52,275 nucleotides of DNA, from IMG/VR virus record IMGVR_UViG_3300032893_000067, positions 1-52,275 of that record. The stretch is one strand, 5' to 3'. The notes beneath the pieces are model-generated. The model made no database searches. It was not told the origin of the DNA and saw only the letters and a list, made by a program, of their open reading frames with translations. A program made the translations under genes and the position numbers. Positions within the stretch are counted from its first letter, which is position 1; each line of letters begins with the position of its first letter. Origin of the DNA: a virus. Lineage: Duplodnaviria > Caudoviricetes. Of the stretch, positions 9,030-17,051 are shown piece by piece.

Positions 9030-9333
9030 TTTTAGACTCCAAAACTTTTTGTAAATTTGTTCCACATTTTGTCATGCTTATATAATCTAAATGTTCGGCA
9101 GTAAAGTTTTTTAGAATATCACGTGCTGCTTTGGTAAATTTCTTAATTTGACAATCTTGTTCAGATAAAGCAATTTCAATAAGATTCTCCATTATTGTTC
9201 TCATTTTCCATGCTTCATAAATCATAATTTCCTGATAATGTTCTTTTGGAAATGATGTTTCTACTACATCAATTGCAAGTTGTCTAGCTTTAATTTTTGG
9301 ATCAAATGCCCAATTTAAATTATTTGCTTTCAT
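9016..9333 (-). CDS. hypothetical protein
   Basis: 105-aa ORF in operon. Confidence 0.6.
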   Translation of the reverse strand: MKANNLNWAFDPKIKARQLAIDVVETSFPKEHYQEIMIYEAWKMRTIMENLIEIALSEQDCQIKKFTKAARDILKNFTAEHLDYISMTKCGTNLQKVLESKNETK

Positions 9334-9443
9334 TTAACACCATCCTGCTAATTTCTCTTGCCATTAAATCAACTTGTGGCTTAATAACTTTTACATAGAA
9401 TATAATAAATAATAGATTAATTATGATTGATATAAATAATATT

Positions 9444-9647
9444 TTAAACGTCCTTAACATCTTTTAATCTCTCTTTTAAATCGTCGATATAACTTAATAC
9501 TTTATATCCTAATCCTTGATTAATAAAATCCATTGGACTTGCCAAATTAAAATGCATATGGGGAGTTGTAAGCCATGCTTTAATAACTTCTGAATCATAT
9601 CCTATATCAGTATTAAGTCTTTTAATGATCAATTCTAATTCAGTCAT
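9444..9647 (-). CDS. stand-alone Xre/MbcA/ParS antitoxin C-terminal (DUF2384-like) domain
   Basis: IKAWLTTPHMHFNLASPMDFINQGLGYKVLSYI fits the WL-x2-P-x3-(F/L)-x4-P...G-x3-V pattern. Confidence 0.7.
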   Translation of the reverse strand: MTELELIIKRLNTDIGYDSEVIKAWLTTPHMHFNLASPMDFINQGLGYKVLSYIDDLKERLKDVKDV

Positions 9648-9789
9648 TTCTTTTTCCTAAGTCTCAATAGTTCAATATAAGCTTCAGTAATATACTTTGG
9701 ATCTTTAAATAAATTCTTTATAACGCGATTTTCGTACCACCACAAATTTAACCAAAGTGCAAATAGAATTAGTACCAATAAAAATATAA

Positions 9790-10053
9790 TCATTTCAGAT
9801 ACTCCTTTAAAGACAAATCATCTAGAATTCCTTTAACAGTTTCAGGCTCACATTTAAATCTTTCACATATATCTTTTAACATAACTTGTTTACAATTGTC
9901 ATAGTAACTTTTATAAACGTCTATATGCAATACTGGATTCTCTTTATTCAATACATCTTGTAATTGATCTGTTAAATCTTTTGTAATAACTTTAAAGTGT
10001 TGCACATTGTGGATTAGGTCTCTAATCACCCATTCTTCTAATTCAATACTCAT
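9790..10053 (-). CDS. hypothetical protein
   Basis: 87-aa ORF in operon. Confidence 0.6.
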   Translation of the reverse strand: MSIELEEWVIRDLIHNVQHFKVITKDLTDQLQDVLNKENPVLHIDVYKSYYDNCKQVMLKDICERFKCEPETVKGILDDLSLKEYLK

Positions 10054-10054
10054 T

Positions 10055-10321
10055 TCAATTCACCGTTTCATTTCCAGAGCTATTAAAAGTATTCAATACA
10101 GATTCTTGAATTCTATCTGAAATAATTATAACCATATTAGTTGCGAAATAGTTATCCAATTCTTCTTTTGTTAGATTTTTTGCGAATTCTAGTCCTAGTT
10201 CTAAACAATCATCGGGCGCGAATTTTTCGCCGGTCAATATTTTTTCAGAGACGAGTTTCATAAACTTCATTTCAAGTTCATTTAATTTATTACCTAAATC
10301 TAAAGTCTTTTGTATTTTCAT
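10055..10321 (-). CDS. hypothetical protein
   Basis: 88-aa ORF with GAGG RBS. Confidence 0.6.
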   Translation of the reverse strand: MKIQKTLDLGNKLNELEMKFMKLVSEKILTGEKFAPDDCLELGLEFAKNLTKEELDNYFATNMVIIISDRIQESVLNTFNSSGNETVN

Positions 10322-10324
10322 ATA

Positions 10325-10633
10325 TTAATCCTCAAAGTTTAATGATTCATAAAAATCATCGTCATTATCATCGTAATCATCTTCATCTTCAAATAGATTA
10401 TCTGAAACATAATTCTCAATATATTCAATATCTTTTTCTGTTAATTGTTTATTAACTACTTTATTATTTTCATCATAAGCAATATATTCTATATCTTTTA
10501 CAAAGCCTCTAATCTCTCCACGGTTTCCATCAATATCATCGCCGTATTTTTCTTTTGTAAAAGTTGCTTTTGCTTCTACAAATACATCGCCTAAATTTTC
10601 TGAACCAAATTCAAATTCGATTAATTGTTTCAT
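10325..10633 (-). CDS. acidic hypothetical protein
   Basis: AGGAG RBS before MKQLIEF; Asp/Glu-rich tail. Confidence 0.65.
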   Translation of the reverse strand: MKQLIEFEFGSENLGDVFVEAKATFTKEKYGDDIDGNRGEIRGFVKDIEYIAYDENNKVVNKQLTEKDIEYIENYVSDNLFEDEDDYDDNDDDFYESLNFED

Positions 10634-10643
10634 TTTAATACTC

Positions 10644-10844
10644 CTATAGTTTAGAAATATGACCTTTAATATTATTCCAAAAGTTCTTTGTACTTTCATC
10701 AACGGCGGACTTTGACATATGATCGGCTTTTGAAAGTGCTGTCTCTTTATTTCCGACACTTGCAACAAATCCTCTTGCAAAGTCTAAAGCATCTTGAACT
10801 TTAAGTTTCTTTGGTTGAACATCTTTTTTTCCAGCATTAGGCAT
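10644..10844 (-). CDS. hypothetical protein
   Basis: AGGAG RBS, 66 aa. Confidence 0.65.
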   Translation of the reverse strand: MPNAGKKDVQPKKLKVQDALDFARGFVASVGNKETALSKADHMSKSAVDESTKNFWNNIKGHISKL

Positions 10845-11118
10845 TTGAATCTCCTTTCATTTCTTTTGGAAGTCTTGTACGAACTTCGTCTTGAAATTGA
10901 ACTCCAAGTTCTATAAGAGCTTTCTTAACTTGTTTCTTTGTTTCCGTTAAATGAATTCCTACGCCAAATTTTAATTCATTGCCGGGGTCTCTAACTTCTT
11001 CAATTTGCCATGCATTATTTGGATAAATAGTTACATAAACAAATTTATTAATAGCTAAAAGTCTTTTTGAATTTGTCAATGTTCCGTCTTCATTTCTCTT
11101 ATAAGTAACCCTAGTCAT
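10837..11118 (-). CDS. hypothetical protein
   Basis: AGGAG RBS, 93 aa. Confidence 0.65.
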   Translation of the reverse strand: MTRVTYKRNEDGTLTNSKRLLAINKFVYVTIYPNNAWQIEEVRDPGNELKFGVGIHLTETKKQVKKALIELGVQFQDEVRTRLPKEMKGDSNA

Positions 11119-11477
11119 TTAATATCTCCTTTATTATAAGACATTTTTCTATAAATTTCTAATGGATTTAAATGTTTATTTTTTATTCCAAATTTTACAC
11201 TTTTATTTTTTTCAATTAAAGTTTTAAATTGAATAAGCAATTCAGGATTTACGTTTTTATTTTTTAATACGGTTGATTTAAAAACTCTATATTTAAGATT
11301 TCCGGGATGTTTTTTATTAAATTTAATTGTTTTAATTTTACTTTTTTTCAGATATTCCCGGCGGCCAATTTTTTCACACCATTTATACCATTTTAAAGTT
11401 GCTTCAGAAATAATAGGTTTTATTGAATATTTTTGAACCCATTTAGATTTTGAATAGCGAGTATTTGGCATAGTCAT
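11115..11477 (-). CDS. basic hypothetical protein
   Basis: AGGAG RBS, Lys-rich. Confidence 0.6.
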   Translation of the reverse strand: MTMPNTRYSKSKWVQKYSIKPIISEATLKWYKWCEKIGRREYLKKSKIKTIKFNKKHPGNLKYRVFKSTVLKNKNVNPELLIQFKTLIEKNKSVKFGIKNKHLNPLEIYRKMSYNKGDIK

Positions 11478-11507
11478 TTTACATCTCCTAAAATATTATA
11501 ATACAAT

Positions 11508-11747
11508 TTAAATTTTTTTGCTATAAATAAATGAACCTTTAAACTCTCCAAATTCTGCATAGTTATGATTATTTCTTTCTAATTCAACTACAGCAATTTC
11601 TAATTCATCTAAGTTTACATTGGTTAATTTCTTTTCCCATAATGCTCGGACCCAAACAAATAAGTCCTCAACTGTTGGGCAATATCTCGCGCCAGATACG
11701 TTATAAACAAAGATATATTCTTCTTCAGATACTTTAAAAAGTTTCAT
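11508..11747 (-). CDS. hypothetical protein
   Basis: AGGAG RBS, 79 aa. Confidence 0.6.
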   Translation of the reverse strand: MKLFKVSEEEYIFVYNVSGARYCPTVEDLFVWVRALWEKKLTNVNLDELEIAVVELERNNHNYAEFGEFKGSFIYSKKI

Positions 11748-12416
11748 TTATTTGCTCCTTTTGCTTTGTAAATGTTGAACTTTTCTTATAGCTTTCATGA
11801 GATTGTAATAAGCGTGACATTGATCTTCTGTCAATCCTTCTTTTTTACCTATTTCTAAATATTTCTCTTTCCATTCTTTCATTGAATAGAAATAACAACC
11901 AATTTGAACGCCTTTTGGAAGTGAAGTAAAAAGCCAATTTAAGTTTGTTATATTTGAGCATTGATGAAATTTCTGGACCCGTGCTTTGCCAGAGACCTGT
12001 GCTTTGCCAGAGACCTGTGCATCGCCAAAGACCCGTGCTTTGCCAAAGACCCATGCATTGCCAGAGACCTGTGCATCGCCAAAGACCCATGCATTGCCAA
12101 AGACCTGTGCATCGCCAAAGACCCGTGCTTTGCCAGAGACCCGTGCTTTGCCAGAGACCCGTGCATCGCCAAAGACCCATGCATTGCCAGAGACCTGTGC
12201 ATCGCCAAAGACCCGTGCTTTGCCAGAGACCTGTGCATCGTCAGAGACCCATGCATTACCACTTTGATTCAAATTACTTTCTTTTTCTATATATCCACCT
12301 AAATCACCTTTTGTTATATAAGAAAAAGATATTAATGCGCGGATTCTAAACATTTTAATACCAAAAAATGTTTTTTCTGTTTCTAATGCTAATTCAAATT
12401 TTTTAGAATTGTTCAT
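11748..12416 (-). CDS. hexapeptide-repeat (left-handed beta-helix-like) phage protein
   Basis: FRIRALISF...KGDLGGYIEKESNLNQSGNAWV followed by G(N/D/K)A(W/R/Q)V(S/F) repeats. Confidence 0.85.
   Translation of the reverse strand: MNNSKKFELALETEKTFFGIKMFRIRALISFSYITKGDLGGYIEKESNLNQSGNAWVSDDAQVSGKARVFGDAQVSGNAWVFGDARVSGKARVSGKARVFGDAQVFGNAWVFGDAQVSGNAWVFGKARVFGDAQVSGKAQVSGKARVQKFHQCSNITNLNWLFTSLPKGVQIGCYFYSMKEWKEKYLEIGKKEGLTEDQCHAYYNLMKAIRKVQHLQSKRSK
11978..12258. repeat. 18-bp imperfect tandem repeat encoding the hexapeptide
   Basis: Units such as gtgctttgccagagacct / gtgcatcgccaaagaccc, about 15-16 copies. Confidence 0.9.
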
Positions 12417-12612
12417 CGTCTTGTCCTTCCCAAGTCACGCCAAGTAACTCGTCTATTAAGTAATTAAACATGTCATCAGCTTCTTCATAAGTTAAATCTG
12501 GTTTATAAATTGAACTATTGCCAGAAAGTCTTAAACATGTATAAGTTCTGGACTCTTGATCTCTCATTACAATTATTTCTGTGTGTAACAACTTGAACGC
12601 TTTGATTAACAT
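12403..12612 (-). CDS. hypothetical protein
   Basis: 69-aa ORF with AAGG RBS. Confidence 0.6.
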   Translation of the reverse strand: MLIKAFKLLHTEIIVMRDQESRTYTCLRLSGNSSIYKPDLTYEEADDMFNYLIDELLGVTWEGQDDEQF

Positions 12613-12624
12613 TTTACTTTCCTT

Positions 12625-12822
12625 TTAATAAATATAATCAATTACAAAATAGCCTCTTTCAGTGTTAATATATGCTACTTTTATTTCTCTATTAATTTTA
12701 AAATAGTGAATTACTTCTTTTGGAACGGTGCAAAATACTTCATGTTTTTTAGTATTAGTTGTAGCAAAAAAATATCCAAGATCTTTATTTACTTTTGTAA
12801 TTTTAGCTTTATAAAATCTCAT
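12625..12822 (-). CDS. small OB-fold-like hypothetical protein
   Basis: GAGGTG RBS; AKITKVNKDLGYFFA resembles a cold-shock/S1-type strand pattern. Confidence 0.55.
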   Translation of the reverse strand: MRFYKAKITKVNKDLGYFFATTNTKKHEVFCTVPKEVIHYFKINREIKVAYINTERGYFVIDYIY

Positions 12823-12840
12823 AAATCACCTCTCAATATA

Positions 12841-13305
12841 TTATTCGGCTTTTACGTATAAAACTTTAGATAATTTTTCAATATATTTATTTTTATGCTT
12901 TAAAGTCTTGGAATGGTACCTGCCAATCCAATTTGAATCTTTTTTAGACCATTTGGATCTTATTTCATTTAAAAGCTTCGCGGCGCAGTATGCCGATCCT
13001 TCGGGTGTCTTTAAATCAAATCCAATACATTTAGATCTATTAACACTATTGATTTGAAATATTCCTGAATCTGTGGTGCCATTTTTATTAACTCGGGTTT
13101 GAAACTTTAGACCGGATTCAACCATGCCAATAGATTCTAATAGCAATGGATCTATATGATAAGTCTGTGATGCCTGTAAAATTGCCTCTACAACTCTCTG
13201 TGAAGGCTTGTAGCCGTTTCTTTGGGCCAAATCATACATTGCATCGGTTATTTCCGAAGCGCGGCTCATAGACGATATTAAGAAGCAAATTATTAACTTA
13301 AACAT
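12841..13305 (-). CDS. lytic transglycosylase (SLT, IagB/PilT-like)
   Basis: IDPLLLESIGMVES, DSGIFQINS, AAKLL, IGRYHS; signal-like N-terminus. Confidence 0.9.
   Translation of the reverse strand: MFKLIICFLISSMSRASEITDAMYDLAQRNGYKPSQRVVEAILQASQTYHIDPLLLESIGMVESGLKFQTRVNKNGTTDSGIFQINSVNRSKCIGFDLKTPEGSAYCAAKLLNEIRSKWSKKDSNWIGRYHSKTLKHKNKYIEKLSKVLYVKAE
12842..12868 (-). promoter_or_regulatory. sigma28 (FliA)-type promoter
   Basis: TAAAGTTT-N11-GCCGAATA versus consensus TAAAGTTT-N11-GCCGATAA. Confidence 0.75.
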
Positions 13306-13495
13306 TTTTCACCAACTTTAGACATTTTTTACAGGTTACATTTAAATCTGGTCGATCACTCCATTGTATAGCAGGAACTTCGCCACATAATGATTTATAG
13401 GCATAGGAATTTTCATCCGGAACTAAATGAACTATTTTGCCTTTTCCTCTTTCAGCGCCGTTAGCTAATTTTCCAGCTTTTACCATTGTCTTCAT
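13298..13495 (-). CDS. small Zn-binding protein
   Basis: VHLV...SLCG...VTCKKC; start lies about 12 nt after a sigma54 box. Confidence 0.65.
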   Translation of the reverse strand: MKTMVKAGKLANGAERGKGKIVHLVPDENSYAYKSLCGEVPAIQWSDRPDLNVTCKKCLKLVKNV

Positions 13496-13507
13496 ATAAA
13501 TATCTAA

Positions 13508-13523
13508 TGCAAAGTGAATGCCA
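13508..13523 (-). promoter_or_regulatory. sigma54 (RpoN)-type promoter
   Basis: TGGCATTCACTTTGCA: GG-N10-GC. Confidence 0.72.
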
Positions 13524-13840
13524 ATATTAAGTTAAATATATTAGATTTGGGCGGTTATTTATTGTAGAATTTATAAACAATATTTGTAAATTATATAAAT
13601 TATTAGTTATTTCTTAGACATGTTTAAATTATTTACGTTTCCAATACTTATGGAATAGATATAGGATTGTAATAGGAATAGCTCCAGGAATTATTAAAAG
13701 GCCTAAAATAAATAATATAGTAGCCAAAAAGTTCATTTTAAAATCAATACAATTGCCATTACAGCAAATATAAAGGTTATAAATAAATTCAATTTTTGTT
13801 CACATCGCTCATGATGTTGTTTACTTGTCATTCGCATAAA

Positions 13841-14104
13841 TTACCTCAATGTTTCTTTTTTTTTGTATTTTTGTTTTTCTTTTTCATTTTTTAGCTTCCA
13901 TTTATCATAGAACTTCCCTGACATATAACGCTCTATCATAACTTCATTTGGGTTATGATTCATAAAATGAGTCTCAAACTCTTTTACGCGATTGCATATA
14001 AAAGTAGACTTTTGTTCACATAAAGGGCATACAAGACAAGCGAATGTTCTCTTAAAACAAGGATGAGTTGATAAGATTGCCATTCCAATATAACTATTTC
14101 CCAT
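13841..14104 (-). CDS. C2H2-like Zn-finger hypothetical protein
   Basis: CPLC...HFMNH; AGGTG RBS. Confidence 0.6.
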   Translation of the reverse strand: MGNSYIGMAILSTHPCFKRTFACLVCPLCEQKSTFICNRVKEFETHFMNHNPNEVMIERYMSGKFYDKWKLKNEKEKQKYKKKETLR

Positions 14105-14107
14105 AAA

Positions 14108-14422
14108 TCACCTACATTTCACACAAAAACCATCGCCTGGACTTCCCCAGGCATCGCATAACTCTTGTCCGCATTCACAATAGTTATTTTCGTAACAAGT
14201 CTGACAAAGTGTTTCGCCTAAATCGGTTTCGCTATTGCACTCATTGCAAGTATTTTCAACTCCAAATAAAATACTAAGTTTCCACCATACCAAATGTGAA
14301 TAATGTTTATATCTGTGCAATTTGAAATGAGTTATAGGTTGTAAACTATTAAATTCAATTAAGAATTTATGGTTTAATACTTTCATTTTAAGCACCTTTC
14401 TTAAATTTAGTCCTATAATCAT
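14108..14422 (-). CDS. Cys-rich hypothetical protein (start may be MKVLNH)
   Basis: CNEC, CQTC, CECG, CVKC. Confidence 0.6.
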   Translation of the reverse strand: MIIGLNLRKVLKMKVLNHKFLIEFNSLQPITHFKLHRYKHYSHLVWWKLSILFGVENTCNECNSETDLGETLCQTCYENNYCECGQELCDAWGSPGDGFCVKCR

Positions 14423-14594
14423 CTAGATTGTAAACCTTTGCATTTGGTTTCAAATCATAAAAACCCATACGCTTTTTAAGTTCACTAGATTCTTTAATAA
14501 AATTAGTTACATAAAGTGCCCAATCTTTATAACCATCTAATTCATATTGGTTAGTAATTTCTTTTTGAGTATGTAATCCAATTACTTTTCCCAT
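14388..14594 (-). CDS. hypothetical protein
   Basis: 68 aa, AGGT RBS. Confidence 0.6.
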   Translation of the reverse strand: MGKVIGLHTQKEITNQYELDGYKDWALYVTNFIKESSELKKRMGFYDLKPNAKVYNLDDYRTKFKKGA

Positions 14595-14602
14595 AAAAAT
14601 AC

Positions 14603-14872
14603 CTATTCCTTTCTTAACTTTAACATTTCTTTATTAGAATCAATTAGTATCTTTTTAAGTTCATTCATATATTTTATTTTTGTATTGACTAATCGTTTTT
14701 GTAATTCAGTTCTAACACTTTCAGTTTCAGGCATCCAAAACCCACCATCACCAAACAAATCAGTAAATGTTTTTGCTCTAATTTCAGATTCTTTAAAGTC
14801 TAATGCTTTTTCAATTCTTTCTATAAGAAGTTCATTTTCTGCTAACATTTTATAAATTTCTGCTTTAGTCAT
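14603..14872 (-). CDS. coiled-coil hypothetical protein
   Basis: GAGGT RBS, downstream of sigma28 box. Confidence 0.65.
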   Translation of the reverse strand: MTKAEIYKMLAENELLIERIEKALDFKESEIRAKTFTDLFGDGGFWMPETESVRTELQKRLVNTKIKYMNELKKILIDSNKEMLKLRKE

Positions 14873-14894
14873 AATTACCTCACTTTCAATATGC

Positions 14895-14922
14895 TAATCG
14901 GTATTATTCTTTAAATACTTTA
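14895..14922 (-). promoter_or_regulatory. sigma28-type promoter
   Basis: TAAAGTAT-N12-ACCGATTA. Confidence 0.62.
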
Positions 14923-14929
14923 GCACTTT

Positions 14930-15163
14930 TTATCCGTTCATCCAACTTTCATCGTCAATGACCTTTGGGCCAACTTTTGGGGCCGTAGTTCCATGTTTCA
15001 TGACAAAGTGACTCATTTTAGCATCAACTTTGAATGCATAATATCCACAACCATGACACTGACCTCGCTTATTTACAGTGGTTGGTTTAGGACTGTTAGC
15101 CTTTGTATCGTCGTATCGACCATCAAAGTCACATTCACATACATAAACATATTGTTTTTTCAT
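14930..15163 (-). CDS. Zn-binding hypothetical protein
   Basis: CEC and CHGC. Confidence 0.6.
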   Translation of the reverse strand: MKKQYVYVCECDFDGRYDDTKANSPKPTTVNKRGQCHGCGYYAFKVDAKMSHFVMKHGTTAPKVGPKVIDDESWMNG

Positions 15164-15177
15164 TTAACTTTCCTTTC

Positions 15178-15357
15178 CTAATCAATATCACCAGTTGCTT
15201 GGAAGCTATTCTTTGAGTTATTTGGAATAGCCCGATGCCAGCCGACAAGCTTAAGGTCTGAATGTTCCCGACCGGAATGTCTAACAGTGCCTTTCACAAA
15301 GAGCATTTCGCCTATTTTTGCACCATGATCGGCAATGTTAGGTCGATTGTTTCCCAT
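15178..15357 (-). CDS. small ORF, possibly a gene remnant (not in track)
   Basis: MGNNRPNIADHGAKIGEMLFVKGTVRHSGREHSDLKLVGWHRAIPNNSKNSFQATGDID; GC-richer than flanks. Confidence 0.5.
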   Translation of the reverse strand: MGNNRPNIADHGAKIGEMLFVKGTVRHSGREHSDLKLVGWHRAIPNNSKNSFQATGDID

Positions 15358-15359
15358 TG

Positions 15360-15536
15360 TTAATTGGAAACGTCGATCGTTTTTTGTTCTGTATATTCAA
15401 CGTCAAAAATAGTTACGTGTGGTTTAAAATTCTTAATAAATAAGTCCATGTCACTAGAATGAACATGCCACATTAATTCGCCATTATAATAAATCTCATA
15501 TTCATTTTGTTTTTCAATATAATAAGCTTCCCACAT
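15360..15536 (-). CDS. small hypothetical protein (not in track)
   Basis: 58 aa MWEAYYIEKQNEYEIYYNGEL...; GAGAGGTGATTT RBS. Confidence 0.65.
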   Translation of the reverse strand: MWEAYYIEKQNEYEIYYNGELMWHVHSSDMDLFIKNFKPHVTIFDVEYTEQKTIDVSN

Positions 15537-15556
15537 AAATCACCTCTCAAATATAC

Positions 15557-15583
15557 TATTCGGTATACTTTCAAAAAACTTTA
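15557..15583 (-). promoter_or_regulatory. sigma28-type promoter
   Basis: TAAAGTTT-N11-ACCGAATA. Confidence 0.72.
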
Positions 15584-15586
15584 GCA

Positions 15587-15751
15587 TTATTTTACTAATT
15601 TCAATTTTTGTCCAAATTTAAGCACTTTCCAAATTTCTGACTCTAAGGCCAACATATGTGGAATATCTCTGTATCGGACTGTTAGTACAAGTCTGTGACC
15701 TTTGTAGACCCTAATTTTCTGTTCTTTGCATCGTAACACAGTAAACATCAT
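15587..15751 (-). CDS. small hypothetical protein (not in track)
   Basis: 54 aa MMFTVLRCKEQKIRVYKG...; AGGGG RBS. Confidence 0.55.
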   Translation of the reverse strand: MMFTVLRCKEQKIRVYKGHRLVLTVRYRDIPHMLALESEIWKVLKFGQKLKLVK

Positions 15752-15769
15752 TATTCCCCTTTCACATAA

Positions 15770-15797
15770 TCATCGGCCAATTTAACCAAATAGTTTA
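15770..15797 (-). promoter_or_regulatory. sigma28-type promoter
   Basis: TAAA-N16-GCCGATGA. Confidence 0.5.
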
Positions 15798-15965
15798 CAA
15801 TTGATGTAATAAACAATATAGAAGTTATAGCAAGTAACATAGCATCACCTCTTAAAAAAATTTCGGGCATCTGTAACAATACTGACAATGATAATATAAC
15901 TAATACTAAATAAGCTAAGTAATATAAACAATCCTATGTATCCAAATATAAGTCCTAAAGCTAAG

Positions 15966-16157
15966 TTAATCATTTTTAGACTCCTGTTTATTTTTATATT
16001 CTCTTTTAAAGCAATAATCATCTGCGTCTTTCTCATATGCAAAACTAACATAATCAGCACCAGATTCTGCACCTTTTACGACAAATAACTCTAGTTCCTC
16101 ATCATATTGATAATATATTTCTTCATTGGGTATCTTTTTAGGCTTATACATAACCAC
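15966..16157 (-). CDS. small hypothetical protein
   Basis: GAGGTG RBS downstream of sigma54 box. Confidence 0.6.
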   Translation of the reverse strand: MVMYKPKKIPNEEIYYQYDEELELFVVKGAESGADYVSFAYEKDADDYCFKREYKNKQESKND

Positions 16158-16175
16158 CTCTTGACTTAATACTAT

Positions 16176-16191
16176 TGCATGAATTGTACCA
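16176..16191 (-). promoter_or_regulatory. sigma54-type promoter
   Basis: TGGTACAATTCATGCA (GG-N10-GC); overlaps a weaker TTGACG-N15-TACAAT alternative. Confidence 0.55.
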
Positions 16192-16404
16192 AGTAATTAT
16201 AAACGTCAATAGAACTATTGTATTGGTTTATAGGTATAAGTAATATAAGAATAGGTGATAACTAATATGACTGATTTAACTCAATTTAAACATTTTAAGG
16301 GCAATTCAAAACCCTTCTTTTTTGTATATCTTTTAAACACAAACGTCTATCTAGCTTATTTTACTAGTTATTTCTTAAACATAGATAAAACTTATACAAT
16401 CCAA

Positions 16405-16516
16405 AAGAAGAGAAAGACAGGCTTTTTTATTATTACACTACGGACAGTGGCGTTACAAACACAGTCCTTTATGTTGTAACGATTGTTGAGGTTAACTGTT
16501 CGAAACAATTGTTAAT
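16405..16516 (-). ncRNA. candidate small RNA
   Basis: No ORF after a strong sigma70 promoter; hairpin CGTTACAA...TTGTAACG with AAGGAC apical loop, plus CACTG-TCCG-TAGTG. Confidence 0.4.
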
Positions 16517-16522
16517 TTCTTT

Positions 16523-16551
16523 ATTATAACACATTTTAAATTAAAAGTCAA
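16523..16551 (-). promoter_or_regulatory. sigma70-type promoter (extended -10)
   Basis: TTGACT-N17-TATAAT with TG just upstream of -10. Confidence 0.72.
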
Positions 16552-16611
16552 GCAAATAATTCACATAGTTATATTAAGTTTATAGGGTTATAGTTGAATT
16601 TGTGTATAAGT

Positions 16612-16658
16612 AAAGGGGAAAGCCCCAGGTCAAGCGGGGGATGCTCAACCTTGGGGCT
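16612..16658 (-). terminator. GC-rich hairpin, likely terminator
   Basis: AGCCCC...GGGGCT stem followed by TTTCCCCTTT on minus strand, downstream of two small ORFs. Confidence 0.5.
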
Positions 16659-16702
16659 ATTAGAGGGTTTGCGGGGCATTTAAATAAGGACTAGAGGGAC
16701 TA

Positions 16703-16828
16703 TCAGTGGACAGGGACAATCTTAAAACCGGCATTCTCCAATCTTTGGACTGAGCCAAGCTTAGTGACAATGTCTTTAAGAGTCATTGGACCTGTTATTC
16801 TATAACCGTTCTCAACTACATAGTACAT
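16703..16828 (-). CDS. small hypothetical protein (not in track)
   Basis: 41 aa MYYVVENGYRITGPMTLKDIV...; GAGGTG RBS. Confidence 0.6.
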   Translation of the reverse strand: MYYVVENGYRITGPMTLKDIVTKLGSVQRLENAGFKIVPVH

Positions 16829-16835
16829 AATCACC

Positions 16836-16991
16836 TCATTTCAGACCACAAATATATTTATAATCAGCATTAAAAATTGTAACATCTTTGTAGCAACCAA
16901 ATCTAATGGCTTCCCAAAGAGTTACAAAGTAAGCAATTTCAATACCTTTTTCTACTACAATATAATTATAATTTATAAGATCGAATTCCAT
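16836..16991 (-). CDS. small hypothetical protein (not in track), first gene of left arm
   Basis: 51 aa MEFDLINYNYIVVEKG...; GAGGT RBS directly after sigma54 box. Confidence 0.6.
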   Translation of the reverse strand: MEFDLINYNYIVVEKGIEIAYFVTLWEAIRFGCYKDVTIFNADYKYICGLK

Positions 16992-17015
16992 AAATACCTC
17001 TTATATATATATTAA

Positions 17016-17031
17016 TGCAAAGTATGTACCA
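17016..17031 (-). promoter_or_regulatory. sigma54-type promoter
   Basis: TGGTACATACTTTGCA (GG-N10-GC). Confidence 0.72.
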
Positions 17032-17038
17032 ACAATGA

Positions 17039-17051
17039 TATCAACTACTTA
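17039..17051 (+). promoter_or_regulatory. IHF consensus site
   Basis: TATCAACTACTTA matches WATCAANNNNTTR. Confidence 0.5.

Noticed and set aside
10720-10749. Fifth sigma28 promoter (TAAA...GCCGATCA)
   Set aside because: Spacer of 18 nt is too long and the site is intragenic
11845-12349. Five alternative-frame ORFs and a CRISPR-like look of the repeat
   Set aside because: Artefacts of a stop-free 18-bp coding repeat; no unique spacers
16255-16479. Plus-strand 74-aa ORF
   Set aside because: GTG start, low-complexity AT-rich, antisense to a strong promoter
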